Shown here: piece after piece, positions 40,799 to 50,529 of the stretch | How positions within the stretch are numbered: position 1 is the first letter of the stretch | Layout of the letters: each line of letters starts with the position of its first letter | Assembly (NCBI GenBank): GCA_963798845.1 | Contig: CAWCUS010000006.1 | Location: forward strand, 448,001 to 512,000 | Reading direction: 5' to 3' | Source: an uncultured Gemmatimonadales bacterium | GTDB lineage: Bacteria > Gemmatimonadota > Gemmatimonadetes > Longimicrobiales > RSA9 | DNA length: 64,000 nt | Notes under the pieces: generated by a model | Seen by the model: only the letters and a program-made list of their open reading frames with translations | Database searches by the model: none | What the model was told of the DNA's origin: nothing | Program-made: the position numbers and the translations under genes

Positions 40799-41797
40799 CT
40801 GAAAGTCTTCATCACCGGGGCGACCGGGCTGATCGGCTCGCACGTGGCCGGGCGGCTGCGTGCCCGGGGCGACGACGTGGTGGCGCTGGTGCGGGAGACG
40901 AGCGACGCCGGATACCTGTCGCGGCTGGGGTGCCGCCTGTTCACCGGCGACGCGCTCGACCCTCCGGAGCGCACGGCCGGGGGGATGGCCGGGTGCGACG
41001 CGGTCGTCCACGCGGCGGCCCGCGTCTTCCAGAAGGCTTCGCGGGACGCGTACGTGCGGTCGAACGTCGCGGGCACCGAGCGCGTGCTCTCGGCCGCGTC
41101 GCTGGAATGCCCGCGGGTGGTGCACCTGTCGAGCGTGGCGGTGTACGCCGGGCTGACCATGGACCGGCCGCAGACGGAAGACCGATGGACGATGGCCGAT
41201 CCGGCGGAGCAGGGGTCGTACGCGGCGTCGAAGCACCTGTCGGAGCAGGCGGCCTGGCGGCTGCACGATGCCGGCGACATCCGGCTGACGACGGTCCGGC
41301 CGAGCGTGGTCTACGGTGAGCGCGACCGTTCGGCCACCCCGGTCCTCGTCCGCTGGATCCACCTCCCGGTGGTCCCGCTTCCAGGTGGCGGGAGAACCAC
41401 GCTGCCGCTGGTGTACGCGGGCAACGTGGCGGCGGGCGCGGTGGCGGCATTGGACCGGGCCGTGGCCATCGGCCGGGCGTACAATCTCGCGATGGACCGG
41501 CCGATCACCGCCGCACAGCTGGCGCAGCGCATGGCGGAGGGGCTGGGGCTGCGCCCACGCACGCTGCGGATCCCGGCCGGGGCCACCAGGGCGCTGGCAG
41601 CGGCGCTGCGGACCGCGGCGCCGCTGCTTCCGCACGGCAGAGTGACGGACCTCATCCGGGGTGCGCGGTCGCTCTCGCAGGACAACCCTTACCCGGCCGA
41701 CCGGGCGCGGGCCGAGCTGGACTGGACGGCGCTGGTCCCTCACGAAGAGGGGATCCGCCGTACAATGGTGTGGTGGCGGAGCAAGGAGAGGCAATGA
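40799..41797 (+). CDS. NAD-dependent epimerase/dehydratase (extended SDR)
   Basis: KVFITGATGLIG lies in frame upstream of the ORF-track start; YAASK and RPSVVYG. Probable CTG start. Confidence 0.88.
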   Translation: MKVFITGATGLIGSHVAGRLRARGDDVVALVRETSDAGYLSRLGCRLFTGDALDPPERTAGGMAGCDAVVHAAARVFQKASRDAYVRSNVAGTERVLSAASLECPRVVHLSSVAVYAGLTMDRPQTEDRWTMADPAEQGSYAASKHLSEQAAWRLHDAGDIRLTTVRPSVVYGERDRSATPVLVRWIHLPVVPLPGGGRTTLPLVYAGNVAAGAVAALDRAVAIGRAYNLAMDRPITAAQLAQRMAEGLGLRPRTLRIPAGATRALAAALRTAAPLLPHGRVTDLIRGARSLSQDNPYPADRARAELDWTALVPHEEGIRRTMVWWRSKERQ

Positions 41798-42660
41798 CGG
41801 AGCGCGAGAATACGGACCCGCAGCCGACCCAGGGCGGCGGCCCCGTGGAGGAGCCCGGGCAGGAGGAGGTGCAGGAGCTGAATCGCCCGGAGTCGGACAA
41901 CGGGATGGAACGGGAGACCGAGGACGAGCGACTCCTCCAGCGGCGCGAGGCCGAGGAAGCGGAGTTCGTGCACACCGATCCGTGGCGCGTGTTCCGGATC
42001 ATGGGCGAGTTCGTGGAAGGGTTCGACACGCTGGCGGACCTGGGCCCGGCCGTGTCGATCTTCGGCAGCGCGCGCGTTTCCAGCGGCGACCCGTGGTACG
42101 CGGCTGCGGAGCGCACGGCAGCGCTGTTCGCGGAGAACGGCTTCGGCGTCATCACGGGTGGCGGTCCCGGGATCATGGAGGCGGCCAACAAGGGCGCAGG
42201 GCGGGCGGGCGGCCGCTCCATCGGCTGCAACATCGAGCTGCCGTTCGAGCAGGGGATGAACCGCTACGTCAGGACCGCCATCAATTTCCGCTACTTCTTC
42301 GTGCGGAAGACCATGTTCGTGAAGTACGCCGAGGGCTTCATCATCTTCCCCGGCGGCTTCGGGACCATGGACGAGCTCTTCGAGTCGCTGACGCTGATCC
42401 AGACGCGCAAGGTCCGGCACTTCCCCGTGGTCCTGATGGGAAGCGACTACTGGGGCGGGCTGCTCGACTGGCTGCGCAACGTCATGGCCGCCGGCGGAAA
42501 GATCGGCGACCAGGATCTCGCTCTCCTCACCGTCACGGACTCGCCCGAGGAAGCCGTGCGTCACGTCCTGGAGGCGCAGGAGAAACAGCGTGCGGCGGCG
42601 GTGCAGCGGGCGCACCGGCGCAGGAAGCGGGAGGGGCTGGGGCGGGCGAACGGGGAGTGA
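41794..42660 (+). CDS. LOG-family (TIGR00730) nucleotide phosphoribohydrolase
   Basis: SIFGSAR, TGGGPGIMEAAN, YFFVRK and PGGFGTMDE. Confidence 0.93.
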   Translation: MTERENTDPQPTQGGGPVEEPGQEEVQELNRPESDNGMERETEDERLLQRREAEEAEFVHTDPWRVFRIMGEFVEGFDTLADLGPAVSIFGSARVSSGDPWYAAAERTAALFAENGFGVITGGGPGIMEAANKGAGRAGGRSIGCNIELPFEQGMNRYVRTAINFRYFFVRKTMFVKYAEGFIIFPGGFGTMDELFESLTLIQTRKVRHFPVVLMGSDYWGGLLDWLRNVMAAGGKIGDQDLALLTVTDSPEEAVRHVLEAQEKQRAAAVQRAHRRRKREGLGRANGE

Positions 42661-42701
42661 CGGGGGTCGATCGCCCTTCGCGGCTGGCGCCGCTCGGGCG
42701 A

Positions 42702-42917
42702 CCCCGCTGCGCGCGGATTCGAGCCTCGGCGCCTGAGGGCGCCTCGGCCCCGCTGCGCGGGGATTCGAACCTCGGCGCCTGAGGGCGCCTCGGCCCCGCT
42801 GCGCGGGGATTCGAGCCTCGGCGCCTGGCGGCGCCTCGGCCCCGCTGCGCGGGGATTCGAGCCTCGGCGCCTGAGGGCGCCTCGGCCCCGCTGCGCGGGG
42901 ATTCGGACCTCGGCGCC
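42702..42917. repeat. ~4.7 x 46-bp palindromic tandem repeat (REP/BIME-like) between convergent genes
   Basis: Unit ccccgctgcgcggggattcgagcctcggcgcctgagggcgcctcgg at 42702, 42748, 42794, 42840 and 42886. Confidence 0.92.
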
Positions 42918-42920
42918 GCT

Positions 42921-44786
42921 CTATGGGCGTACTCCCTGGGCGGCGGGCTTCAGCCGGCCGAACCGGGCGATGCTGTCGCCGCCCGCCACCTCCACGCGCC
43001 ACCTCCGTTCCTCCTCCGCTCCTGGCGGCACCGGGAGGATGAGGTACCGGGTGTCCAGGCTCTCGACGCCGAGGTCCGGCGGATAGTAGGCGGAGAGAAC
43101 GATCACGCTGGCGCCGGCGGCCCGGGCGTAGCGGATGATCTCCGGGAGCGGCGCGTATGGGAGGACTCGCCAGTCCCGGTCCGCGAACACGGCGAGGGCC
43201 GGGTGCCAGCTCATGAGGGGGCCCGGCCGGACGTTCCGCAGGCTGTCCACCTCCAGCGCGACCCGCCGGTTCTGGGCTCCGACCACGTGGTGCGGCGACC
43301 CGACGCTGAGGCTCATGTAGAGGCGCCAGCCGTTGATGGACAGCAGCCACGCGATGGCCACCGAGGCCAGCACCAGCTCCACGAACCCGGGCCGCAGCGC
43401 GTTGCCGTGCGTCCGCTGCCGGACCTCCCGCTCGATAAGCGAGAACCCCCGCGCGGCATAGAAGGCGAGCAGGGGCACCAGGAAGAGCTGGGTGCGCGGG
43501 TCCACGGCCACCAGGACCGCTATGGCGATGCTGGTGCCCAGCAGCGAGAGCGTGACCGGCAGCTCCTTCCGCAGGACCCCCGGGGGCCGCGGCTCGGCCA
43601 GCCCGAGGATGACGAACGGCCAGAGGAGAAGGGGCAGGATGATGCCGAGGGCGCGGAAATAGAGGGCGAGGGCGGAGGGATGGTCGGCCGCGGGTGCGCG
43701 CGCCGCGGCTGGCGCGGCAGGGAGCGCGCCGGCTGTCGTGTCCGGGCGTGCGGGCGCCTTCCCTGCGCCGGCAGACTCGGAAGCGACCGCCGGTCCCCGC
43801 GGCGGGTAGACGCCCCAGTAGCTGCTGCGGAGCCGGACCCCGCTGGCGTCGAGACCGTAGAGGTGCTGCTGGTATGTCGGGTCGTCGGACCAGAGCATGT
43901 GCTCGATGGTCGCGGCGGCCCCCGACCGGTCCTCACCGCTTACCGCGCGCGCGGCGGCGGACAACGGGGCGATGCCGCGGCCCGTGAGCATCCATTCGCC
44001 GGTCGTCTCGTGGAGGTACCACCAGTAAGGGGTGCACACCACGACGAAGACCACGCCCATGACGACGGCCCCCCCCAGGCGCCGCGAGGATCGCGCACGG
44101 GCGGCGAGGACCAGCGTGGCGAGCCCGAGGAGTCCCCAGGTGATGATGGCTTCCGGGCGTGCCAGGAAAGCGAGCCCGAGCGCCGACCCCACCGCCGCCC
44201 AGCGCAGGGCGCCCCCCCGCTCGTCGGCCTCGAGCCACGCGGCGATCCCGGTGAAGAGGAGGAGGTGGTAAAGCGGACCGGCGCCCACCCAAAGGTCGGC
44301 CCCGACCCAGTAGGCGGCCACGAACGGCGCGAGTGATGGCATGACGGCCACGAGCGCCGCGGCCACAAAGGCGATGCGGCGGGTGGCGAGCCGCCGGAAC
44401 ACGGCCCACGCCGGGAGCACGAGCAGCCCCGAAGCCAGGGCGGCCACGATGCGGCCGCCCCATACCCAGTCGTGGATGAGCACGCCCACGCCGCCCGCGA
44501 AGGCCGGGAAGAGGGGCGACAGCGCGATATGGGGCAGACCCACGAGGGAGAACCCTTCGCCGGTCCAGAGCGAGCGGCCGAGGAGCAGGTAGAAGCCTTC
44601 GTCGAAGGCCACGTAGCTGCCGCGCCCGAGGAACAGGATCAGGCGGAGGCCGATGGCGGCGGCAGAGAGGAAGAAGATCGAGCGCGGCCACCTCGCCCCC
44701 GCGTTGCCGGCGTCCGCGGTGGCTGCGGCGGGAGCGGCTGCCCCGGCAAGCCGCCCGGCGGGACCGCTTCGGGGGGCCGCCGCCAT
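42921..44786 (-). CDS. GT-C fold (PMT/ArnT-like) membrane glycosyltransferase
   Basis: DEGFY after the first TM helix, SPLFP and LAFLARPE; many TM helices. Confidence 0.75.
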   Translation of the reverse strand: MAAAPRSGPAGRLAGAAAPAAATADAGNAGARWPRSIFFLSAAAIGLRLILFLGRGSYVAFDEGFYLLLGRSLWTGEGFSLVGLPHIALSPLFPAFAGGVGVLIHDWVWGGRIVAALASGLLVLPAWAVFRRLATRRIAFVAAALVAVMPSLAPFVAAYWVGADLWVGAGPLYHLLLFTGIAAWLEADERGGALRWAAVGSALGLAFLARPEAIITWGLLGLATLVLAARARSSRRLGGAVVMGVVFVVVCTPYWWYLHETTGEWMLTGRGIAPLSAAARAVSGEDRSGAAATIEHMLWSDDPTYQQHLYGLDASGVRLRSSYWGVYPPRGPAVASESAGAGKAPARPDTTAGALPAAPAAARAPAADHPSALALYFRALGIILPLLLWPFVILGLAEPRPPGVLRKELPVTLSLLGTSIAIAVLVAVDPRTQLFLVPLLAFYAARGFSLIEREVRQRTHGNALRPGFVELVLASVAIAWLLSINGWRLYMSLSVGSPHHVVGAQNRRVALEVDSLRNVRPGPLMSWHPALAVFADRDWRVLPYAPLPEIIRYARAAGASVIVLSAYYPPDLGVESLDTRYLILPVPPGAEEERRWRVEVAGGDSIARFGRLKPAAQGVRP

Positions 44787-45874
44787 CAGGGGTGCCGTGG
44801 GTGCTGCGCGGCGTCCTGCAGGATCACCTCCACCTCATCGAGCCAGCGCTCCATGCCGAACTGCTTGATACGGCGGAACCCCCGTTCGCGCAATTCGTCC
44901 CGGAGAGCGGGGTCATCGCGTACGCGGGCGATCTTGTCGGCGAGGTCGGCGGGGTCTGCAGGGGCGTGGAACAGGGCGGCATCGCCCAGCACCTCGGGGA
45001 GCGCGCCGCTCCTCGCCGCGATCACGGGTAGGCCGGCGGCCATGGCCTCGAGGGCCACGAGCCCGAACGGCTCGCGAACGGAGGGGATGGCGAGGCAGTG
45101 GCAGAGAGCAAGATCGGGAAAGGGGTCGTCGCGGAAGCCGAGGAGCCGCACGCGATCCTCCACGCGCGCCGCCCGCACGGCGCGCTCGAGGCCGCGACGC
45201 GCCTTGCCGTCGCCGATGAAGACGGCGTGGACGTCATCGGTTCGGGCGATGGCGAGTGCCAGGTCGGGCGCGCGCTTGCGCGGCTCCAGCTGGCCGAGGA
45301 ACCCCACGGTGAACGGGCCGCCCGGCCCCTTCGCGGCCGGCTGGACGGCCCGGAGCAGCGGGTTGTGGAGCGTTCGCGTGCGCCCGGCCAGGCTGCCGTG
45401 GCGCGTGTAGCTCTGCGCGGCGTAGTCGGACACGGCGACGAGGATGTCGGCGGTGGCTCCCATGTACACTGCGAGCGCCTTCCCGGCGATCCCCGGGACG
45501 TTGGTTTCGTGGAGGTGCCACACCACGGGGGTGCGACGCGCGAGACGCGCCCCGGCGGCACCCCACGGGTGGAAGATCGAGCTCACCCACGCGACGTCCG
45601 GCGCCACCTGGCGCACCGCCCGCCGAAATCCCGCGGCGCTGGCCGGGCTGGCCACGGCCCAGCGCGCGAGCTCCACGCCGTTCCGCGGGAGGCGGGCGCG
45701 GCGGGCGACGCAGACCTCGACACCCAGGCGGCGGGCCAGGTCGACGGCGGGCCCCGGCAGCGGGAAGTCCACCACCACCTGGTGTCCGCGGCCGGCGAGT
45801 CCCTCGGCCAGCGCCAGCAGCACCCGCTCGGCGCCGTACGCGCCGGCAGCGTGGGAGAGGAGGAGGACCTTCAA
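44786..45874 (-). CDS. GT4 glycosyltransferase
   Basis: YGAER, WHLHE and EPFGLVALEAMAAGLPVI; TTG start overlaps the upstream TGA. Confidence 0.9.
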   Translation of the reverse strand: MKVLLLSHAAGAYGAERVLLALAEGLAGRGHQVVVDFPLPGPAVDLARRLGVEVCVARRARLPRNGVELARWAVASPASAAGFRRAVRQVAPDVAWVSSIFHPWGAAGARLARRTPVVWHLHETNVPGIAGKALAVYMGATADILVAVSDYAAQSYTRHGSLAGRTRTLHNPLLRAVQPAAKGPGGPFTVGFLGQLEPRKRAPDLALAIARTDDVHAVFIGDGKARRGLERAVRAARVEDRVRLLGFRDDPFPDLALCHCLAIPSVREPFGLVALEAMAAGLPVIAARSGALPEVLGDAALFHAPADPADLADKIARVRDDPALRDELRERGFRRIKQFGMERWLDEVEVILQDAAQHPRHP

Positions 45875-46812
45875 GAGGGTTCGTCCCCCATGGTCACCGG
45901 CGCGCGATCCGCCGGATCCCATCTCGCTGCTTGCCGCCTATGACGGCGCCACCCGCGTATCGCACGGGCGAACCGGGGTCCGAGGTACGACGCGATCAGG
46001 CCGCTCCAGTTGATCACGGAAGTCGGATGGAGGCGGACGGCGGTACGAAAAAAGGATTTCGCTTCGGGGGTCAGGCCGTCTGCGAGGAGGAACTTCCCGA
46101 GCCCGTAGTGCAGCGCTGAGCTCTGCTGCACCGTGAGCGTGGGAGCATGACGGGCGATGATCGTCCGAGCGGCGGCTGGAAGGACGTCCGGAGTGGACGA
46201 AATGCCACCGGGCACGAGGTCGCCGGTGACCAGGGTCCGGGGAACGAAGGCGAAGCCAGTGTGCCGGGCGAGGCGCAGCAGAAGCTCCCAATCCTGCAGG
46301 CGGCGCAGGCGCTCGTCGAACCCACCCACCGATTGAAGCAGCGCGCGCTCAACCAGCAGCGTGCACGTGCCGACGTAGTTGGTGTGCAGGAGGGCGCCGA
46401 GGGGGTCGCGCGCCGCGGAGGCCTCGCCTTCCACGATCCAGCTCCCCTGCGGCGTCCGAATGGCGTGGCGGCAGTATACCACGCCGACGTCCGCGCTCAG
46501 CAGGCGCGCCTGTCTGTCCAGCTTGTCCGGGGCCCAAACGCAATCATCGTCGAGGAAGGCGATGCATTCGCCCTTCGCTACGGCGATGCCCCGGTTACGG
46601 GAGAATGCCGCACCGTGCGGTCGCTCGTTCCGGAGGCCGCGAACGCGACGGTCGTGCGTCACCGCGGCCCGGATCACGCTTGGAGTGTCGTCCGTCGAGT
46701 TGTCATCAACCACAATGATCTCGACATCCTTGAGCGTTTGAGCCCTAGCGCTGGAGATGGCGCGGCCGAGTAGGGTCGAGCGGTTCCGGGTTGGGATGAC
46801 GACCGAGATCAT
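45871..46812 (-). CDS. GT2 glycosyltransferase
   Basis: ISVVIPTRNR, IIVVDDNSTD, AFLDDD and GGFDE...QDWE. Confidence 0.92.
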   Translation of the reverse strand: MISVVIPTRNRSTLLGRAISSARAQTLKDVEIIVVDDNSTDDTPSVIRAAVTHDRRVRGLRNERPHGAAFSRNRGIAVAKGECIAFLDDDCVWAPDKLDRQARLLSADVGVVYCRHAIRTPQGSWIVEGEASAARDPLGALLHTNYVGTCTLLVERALLQSVGGFDERLRRLQDWELLLRLARHTGFAFVPRTLVTGDLVPGGISSTPDVLPAAARTIIARHAPTLTVQQSSALHYGLGKFLLADGLTPEAKSFFRTAVRLHPTSVINWSGLIASYLGPRFARAIRGWRRHRRQAARWDPADRAPVTMGDEPS

Positions 46813-46834
46813 GAACGCCGCCCGCGTGGAGATC

Positions 46835-48064
46835 TCACGCCGCGTCCCCACCCGTTAGGTCGCGATAGATCTCGAGAAGACGAACATGCAGGCGCCGCGA
46901 GTCGAAATTGCGATCCACGAATTCCCGAGCTGCGGTTGCGCGAGACGGCAGGGCGGCCGGCTCGTCCAGAATACTCCGAATTGCCTGGACGATCGCCTGG
47001 TCGTCGTTCGGCGGCAGCAGGAACGTGGCACCGGGGGCCATCACCTCCGAGACGCCCCCGACGTCCGTGGCGACCACCGCAAGCCCGGCAGCTTGCGCTT
47101 CCAGCAACACACGTCCTTGGGCTTCCACATGTCCATCCTCGGCGGTCACGCCAGGGAGCAGGAAGATATCGTGCTCATGGTATGCATCGACGACTCGTTG
47201 GAAGGGAAGGGCGCCGACGAAACGGACGTGGCCGCCGAGACCAAGCGTGGCGCAGAGCTGCTCGAGACGCGACCGTAACGGGCCCTCCCCGATGATGGTG
47301 TAGCGCAGTCTGGGCCACTCCGGCACGAGCCGTTGCACCGCTTGCAGTGCCCGGTCAATGCCTTTGCACTCCACCAGCCGGGCAACCGTGAGGAGGCGAG
47401 GGCCGTCGGACGTCGACCGTTCCGCGTGGAAGCGGATTCGACTGGGGTCGATGCCAATCGGGAGAACGTCGACGCGATCGGGGGGAGCGCCGAGGGCAAC
47501 CAGGCGGTCTCGCAGGAACGTTGTATTGGCCGTGAAGCGCTCCGCGCGTGAGAAGAGTCGGTTATAATCGCCGTTCGGGTCGCGCCCAGGGAGGACGGTG
47601 ACATCGAATCCGTGGAAGCTCGAGAGGATGGAGCCATCGAGAAGGCCGAGGTGTCTAAGCCAGGCGATCAGGTTGGCCGTGGGGCCGAAATGGGCGTGAA
47701 TGACGTCATAGGGTCTCGCAGCGAGGGATCGGAGCGGCTGGAACGCGTGGACGGCTTCCAAAGGCCAGAGAAGACCGGGCCGCCAATGCCAAGAGGATCT
47801 GATCAGCGCGGCGGGACGGTGGGCGGCCGCCCACCGCGCGCGTCCGCCAAGGCGGAGCAACGCGCCAGGTAACGAACGAAGCTCGCCTACTAGGAAGGTC
47901 GGCCGGGGGGGCCGTGCGGGTCCTGCGGCCGACGACGGCTCCGTCTGCTGATATATGGCCAGGAGGTCGACCTCATGGCCTTCCTGGACGAGGGCATCCA
48001 CCTGGTCAACCACGAACGGCTCGGATGCGGCGGGGAATACGCGCACGGCGACGCAGATGCGCAC
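46835..48064 (-). CDS. GT4 glycosyltransferase (WcaL-like)
   Basis: FPAASEPFV, HAHFGP, SFHGFD, VARLVECKG and EAQGRVLLEAQAAG. Confidence 0.9.
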   Translation of the reverse strand: MRICVAVRVFPAASEPFVVDQVDALVQEGHEVDLLAIYQQTEPSSAAGPARPPRPTFLVGELRSLPGALLRLGGRARWAAAHRPAALIRSSWHWRPGLLWPLEAVHAFQPLRSLAARPYDVIHAHFGPTANLIAWLRHLGLLDGSILSSFHGFDVTVLPGRDPNGDYNRLFSRAERFTANTTFLRDRLVALGAPPDRVDVLPIGIDPSRIRFHAERSTSDGPRLLTVARLVECKGIDRALQAVQRLVPEWPRLRYTIIGEGPLRSRLEQLCATLGLGGHVRFVGALPFQRVVDAYHEHDIFLLPGVTAEDGHVEAQGRVLLEAQAAGLAVVATDVGGVSEVMAPGATFLLPPNDDQAIVQAIRSILDEPAALPSRATAAREFVDRNFDSRRLHVRLLEIYRDLTGGDAA

Positions 48065-48145
48065 GCGCTCACCCCGTCCTAAGATTGCGTTGCGCCGTCA
48101 CTGACGGATCTCCCGTGAGGCGGGGAACCTTCTACGCCGATAGCG

Positions 48146-49633
48146 ATGAGCCGAGCAATGTCCCTGCGGGACCGCGCGACTGCTGGAGTCGCGTGGTCCG
48201 CCGTCCACACGTGGGGAACGTACGCTCTGCAGCTTGGCCTGATGCTCGTCCTCGCGCGGGTGCTGACGGCACGCGAGTTTGGCGTATTCGCGCTGGCGCA
48301 GGTAGTGCTGGCGCTGGTGCAGCCCTTCGCCGAGCAGGGCATTCCCGATGCACTGGTCCAGGCCGACCGTGATGATCAGGAGTACTGGTCGACCGGGTTC
48401 GCCGTGGTCCTGGCCGGATCGCTCGCGGCCGCGGCCCTGCTGTTCCTGTCGGCGGCGCTGGTCGCGGGCGTTTTCCGGGCGCCGGGGGTGGCGCCAGTTC
48501 TTCGCGGCGTAGCTCCGGCCGTCGTGATATCCGGTATTCACGATATGTGGTTCGCCCGCATCCGAGCCGGTCTCGCATTCGATTCGTTCGCCTTCGCGGG
48601 CGTTTCGGGCGCCGTAGCCAGCTTTATTTTCGCGGTTGTCACAGCCCTGTTGGGTGGCGGCGTCTGGGCTCTTGTGGCCGGGCTGTACGCGGGCCTCGTC
48701 GTCGAGACGGTCCTGCTCGTGCGCATGACGGGGTGGCTGCCAGGTGTACGCATCTACAGACTGCCGTACGCGCGGCTGGTTAGGTTCGGTTGGCTCATTG
48801 TGGCCGGGGACGTCACCACGTTCCTCAACCGCCGTTCGGACGACTTCTTCGTAGGGCTCTTCCTCGGCGCACCAATGCTGGGGTACTACAACATCGCCTA
48901 TCGCCTTCTCGAGCTCGTGACGACAATGTTTCTGCGGGCGGTGGAGCGCGTGGTATTCCCGGTCCTCGCGAAACTCCAACGCACCCCGGAACTCATGGCG
49001 GACGCCATGCGGACAAGCTTCCGGTTCACCAGCCTGTCTTCGTTCCCGGCGTTCGCGGCCGTGGCCCTGCTCGCTCCAGAGCTCGTTCGAGTGGCGCTGG
49101 GAGAAAGCTGGACTCCGTCTGTGGCGCCGCTTCGGATCCTCTCCATTGCCGGGTTCGCCCTGGCCGCCGTGAACGTGCTTCCGACGGCGATTCGTGCAGC
49201 TGGGCAGCCGCAGTGGAACGTGGCAATCAGCGCCACCAAGGGCGTATTGCTCGCTGGAGCGTTCGCGGTGGCAGCTCACTGGAATCTCGCGGCCGTGGCC
49301 TGGGTCTTCACCGCTGGCATGTACATATCGATCCCAGCCTTTCTCTTGGCCGCGCGGCGCCTGATACCGCTCTCACCGCGCCAGTATCTTGGTGAGGCCA
49401 CACGTCCGCTGCTCGCCACGGCGATCATGACCGCCGCGGTGCTCGCCGCCGCCACGATCCTGCCGTTGCGCGCTCCGTTTGCGCGGCTGAGCGTTGAGGC
49501 GGTCACAGCCGTCGCCTCGTACGCACTGGCTGCCGCCTTCGTCGCACGAGACCAGCTGCAAGAGCTTCGTCAGCGTCTGAAGACTTTTGCCCAGGTTCGC
49601 GTCGCCGCTGAGCATGGCACGACTCAGCCGTAG
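48146..49633 (+). CDS. Wzx/PST-family polysaccharide flippase
   Basis: SLRDRATAGVAWS, LARVLTAREFG, ALVQ and LGYYNIAYRL; polytopic membrane protein. Confidence 0.9.
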   Translation: MSRAMSLRDRATAGVAWSAVHTWGTYALQLGLMLVLARVLTAREFGVFALAQVVLALVQPFAEQGIPDALVQADRDDQEYWSTGFAVVLAGSLAAAALLFLSAALVAGVFRAPGVAPVLRGVAPAVVISGIHDMWFARIRAGLAFDSFAFAGVSGAVASFIFAVVTALLGGGVWALVAGLYAGLVVETVLLVRMTGWLPGVRIYRLPYARLVRFGWLIVAGDVTTFLNRRSDDFFVGLFLGAPMLGYYNIAYRLLELVTTMFLRAVERVVFPVLAKLQRTPELMADAMRTSFRFTSLSSFPAFAAVALLAPELVRVALGESWTPSVAPLRILSIAGFALAAVNVLPTAIRAAGQPQWNVAISATKGVLLAGAFAVAAHWNLAAVAWVFTAGMYISIPAFLLAARRLIPLSPRQYLGEATRPLLATAIMTAAVLAAATILPLRAPFARLSVEAVTAVASYALAAAFVARDQLQELRQRLKTFAQVRVAAEHGTTQP

Positions 49634-50529
49634 TACCGACGTTGTTCCTCCCCGGCGATGCGGTCGAAGGCCGCCTTCAGCTCAAGGGGCCATGCTTCCG
49701 GCTGCGGCAGGTCGTAGAACGCGCACCGATTGGTGCGGGCGCCGAGCATACTGCGGACCTCGTGCTCGCCCGCGGTCATATGTCGGTCGATCTCCAAGAA
49801 CGAAAGCAGGGTCCCAAAGCCCGAAAAACCGCTCGCCTTGTCGAAGATGTCCTCGTACCTGAGGACAATGGCGTCCGGGTGGGAGCCGAGGGCCTCTCGT
49901 AGGAGCGCATTCTTCTTCGCCCAATGCCAGCAGATGCGCTCGAAGCGCGACATGGCGTGCCATTTGGGGGCCCACGGATCATCCGGAAAGTCGACGGCGG
50001 CGAGCCGGCAACGGCCATCGTCGTGGTCCATGAAATACGCGGCCGGGTGGCCTGGCCGGCGGCCGGGATTGGTCTTAGAGTACATCGACCTCACCACTTC
50101 GCGGCCATCCCGCACGATATGAGCGAAACGTGGCCGATCGAAAACTACCCGGATCACGGCCGGGAGATAGCTGGCGTTCGTGTTGGATTCGACGTATGCC
50201 AACGCGTGTTGCCGCCTTGCGCGGTTGCAAATGCCCTGACGCGCTCGGCGGAGCGTGGAAGAGGCTGCGTACACCGACAACTGGCCGCGTGCGAACGCTT
50301 CGCCCAGTTCGAATAGATCGGGCCACGGCTCGTGCAACGACAGGACGTGGCCCGTAGCCGCTGTAATCACCTCGGCGAGCCGCTGCGTGCCGGTCCGGCC
50401 GGTGGACAGGATAAAACCGGCAGGGATCCCCTTCCATCTCGCAATCGGGAGCGCAGGCAGCTTCCGCCGCAGCGACGCCCTCAAGTCCAACGCGAGTCGC
50501 GATAACGAGCTCCCGGGACCCTCACCCAT
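49624..50529 (-). CDS. Sulfotransferase-family protein
   Basis: 5'-PSB-like STGRTGT, HEP, 3'-PB-like HIVRDGREVVRS and LRYED. Confidence 0.82.
   Translation of the reverse strand: MGEGPGSSLSRLALDLRASLRRKLPALPIARWKGIPAGFILSTGRTGTQRLAEVITAATGHVLSLHEPWPDLFELGEAFARGQLSVYAASSTLRRARQGICNRARRQHALAYVESNTNASYLPAVIRVVFDRPRFAHIVRDGREVVRSMYSKTNPGRRPGHPAAYFMDHDDGRCRLAAVDFPDDPWAPKWHAMSRFERICWHWAKKNALLREALGSHPDAIVLRYEDIFDKASGFSGFGTLLSFLEIDRHMTAGEHEVRSMLGARTNRCAFYDLPQPEAWPLELKAAFDRIAGEEQRRYYG

Noticed and set aside
42702..42917. CRISPR array or tRNA gene
   Set aside because: Units are head-to-tail without unique spacers and no cas genes are present. Only a T-loop-like motif is seen, with no cloverleaf.
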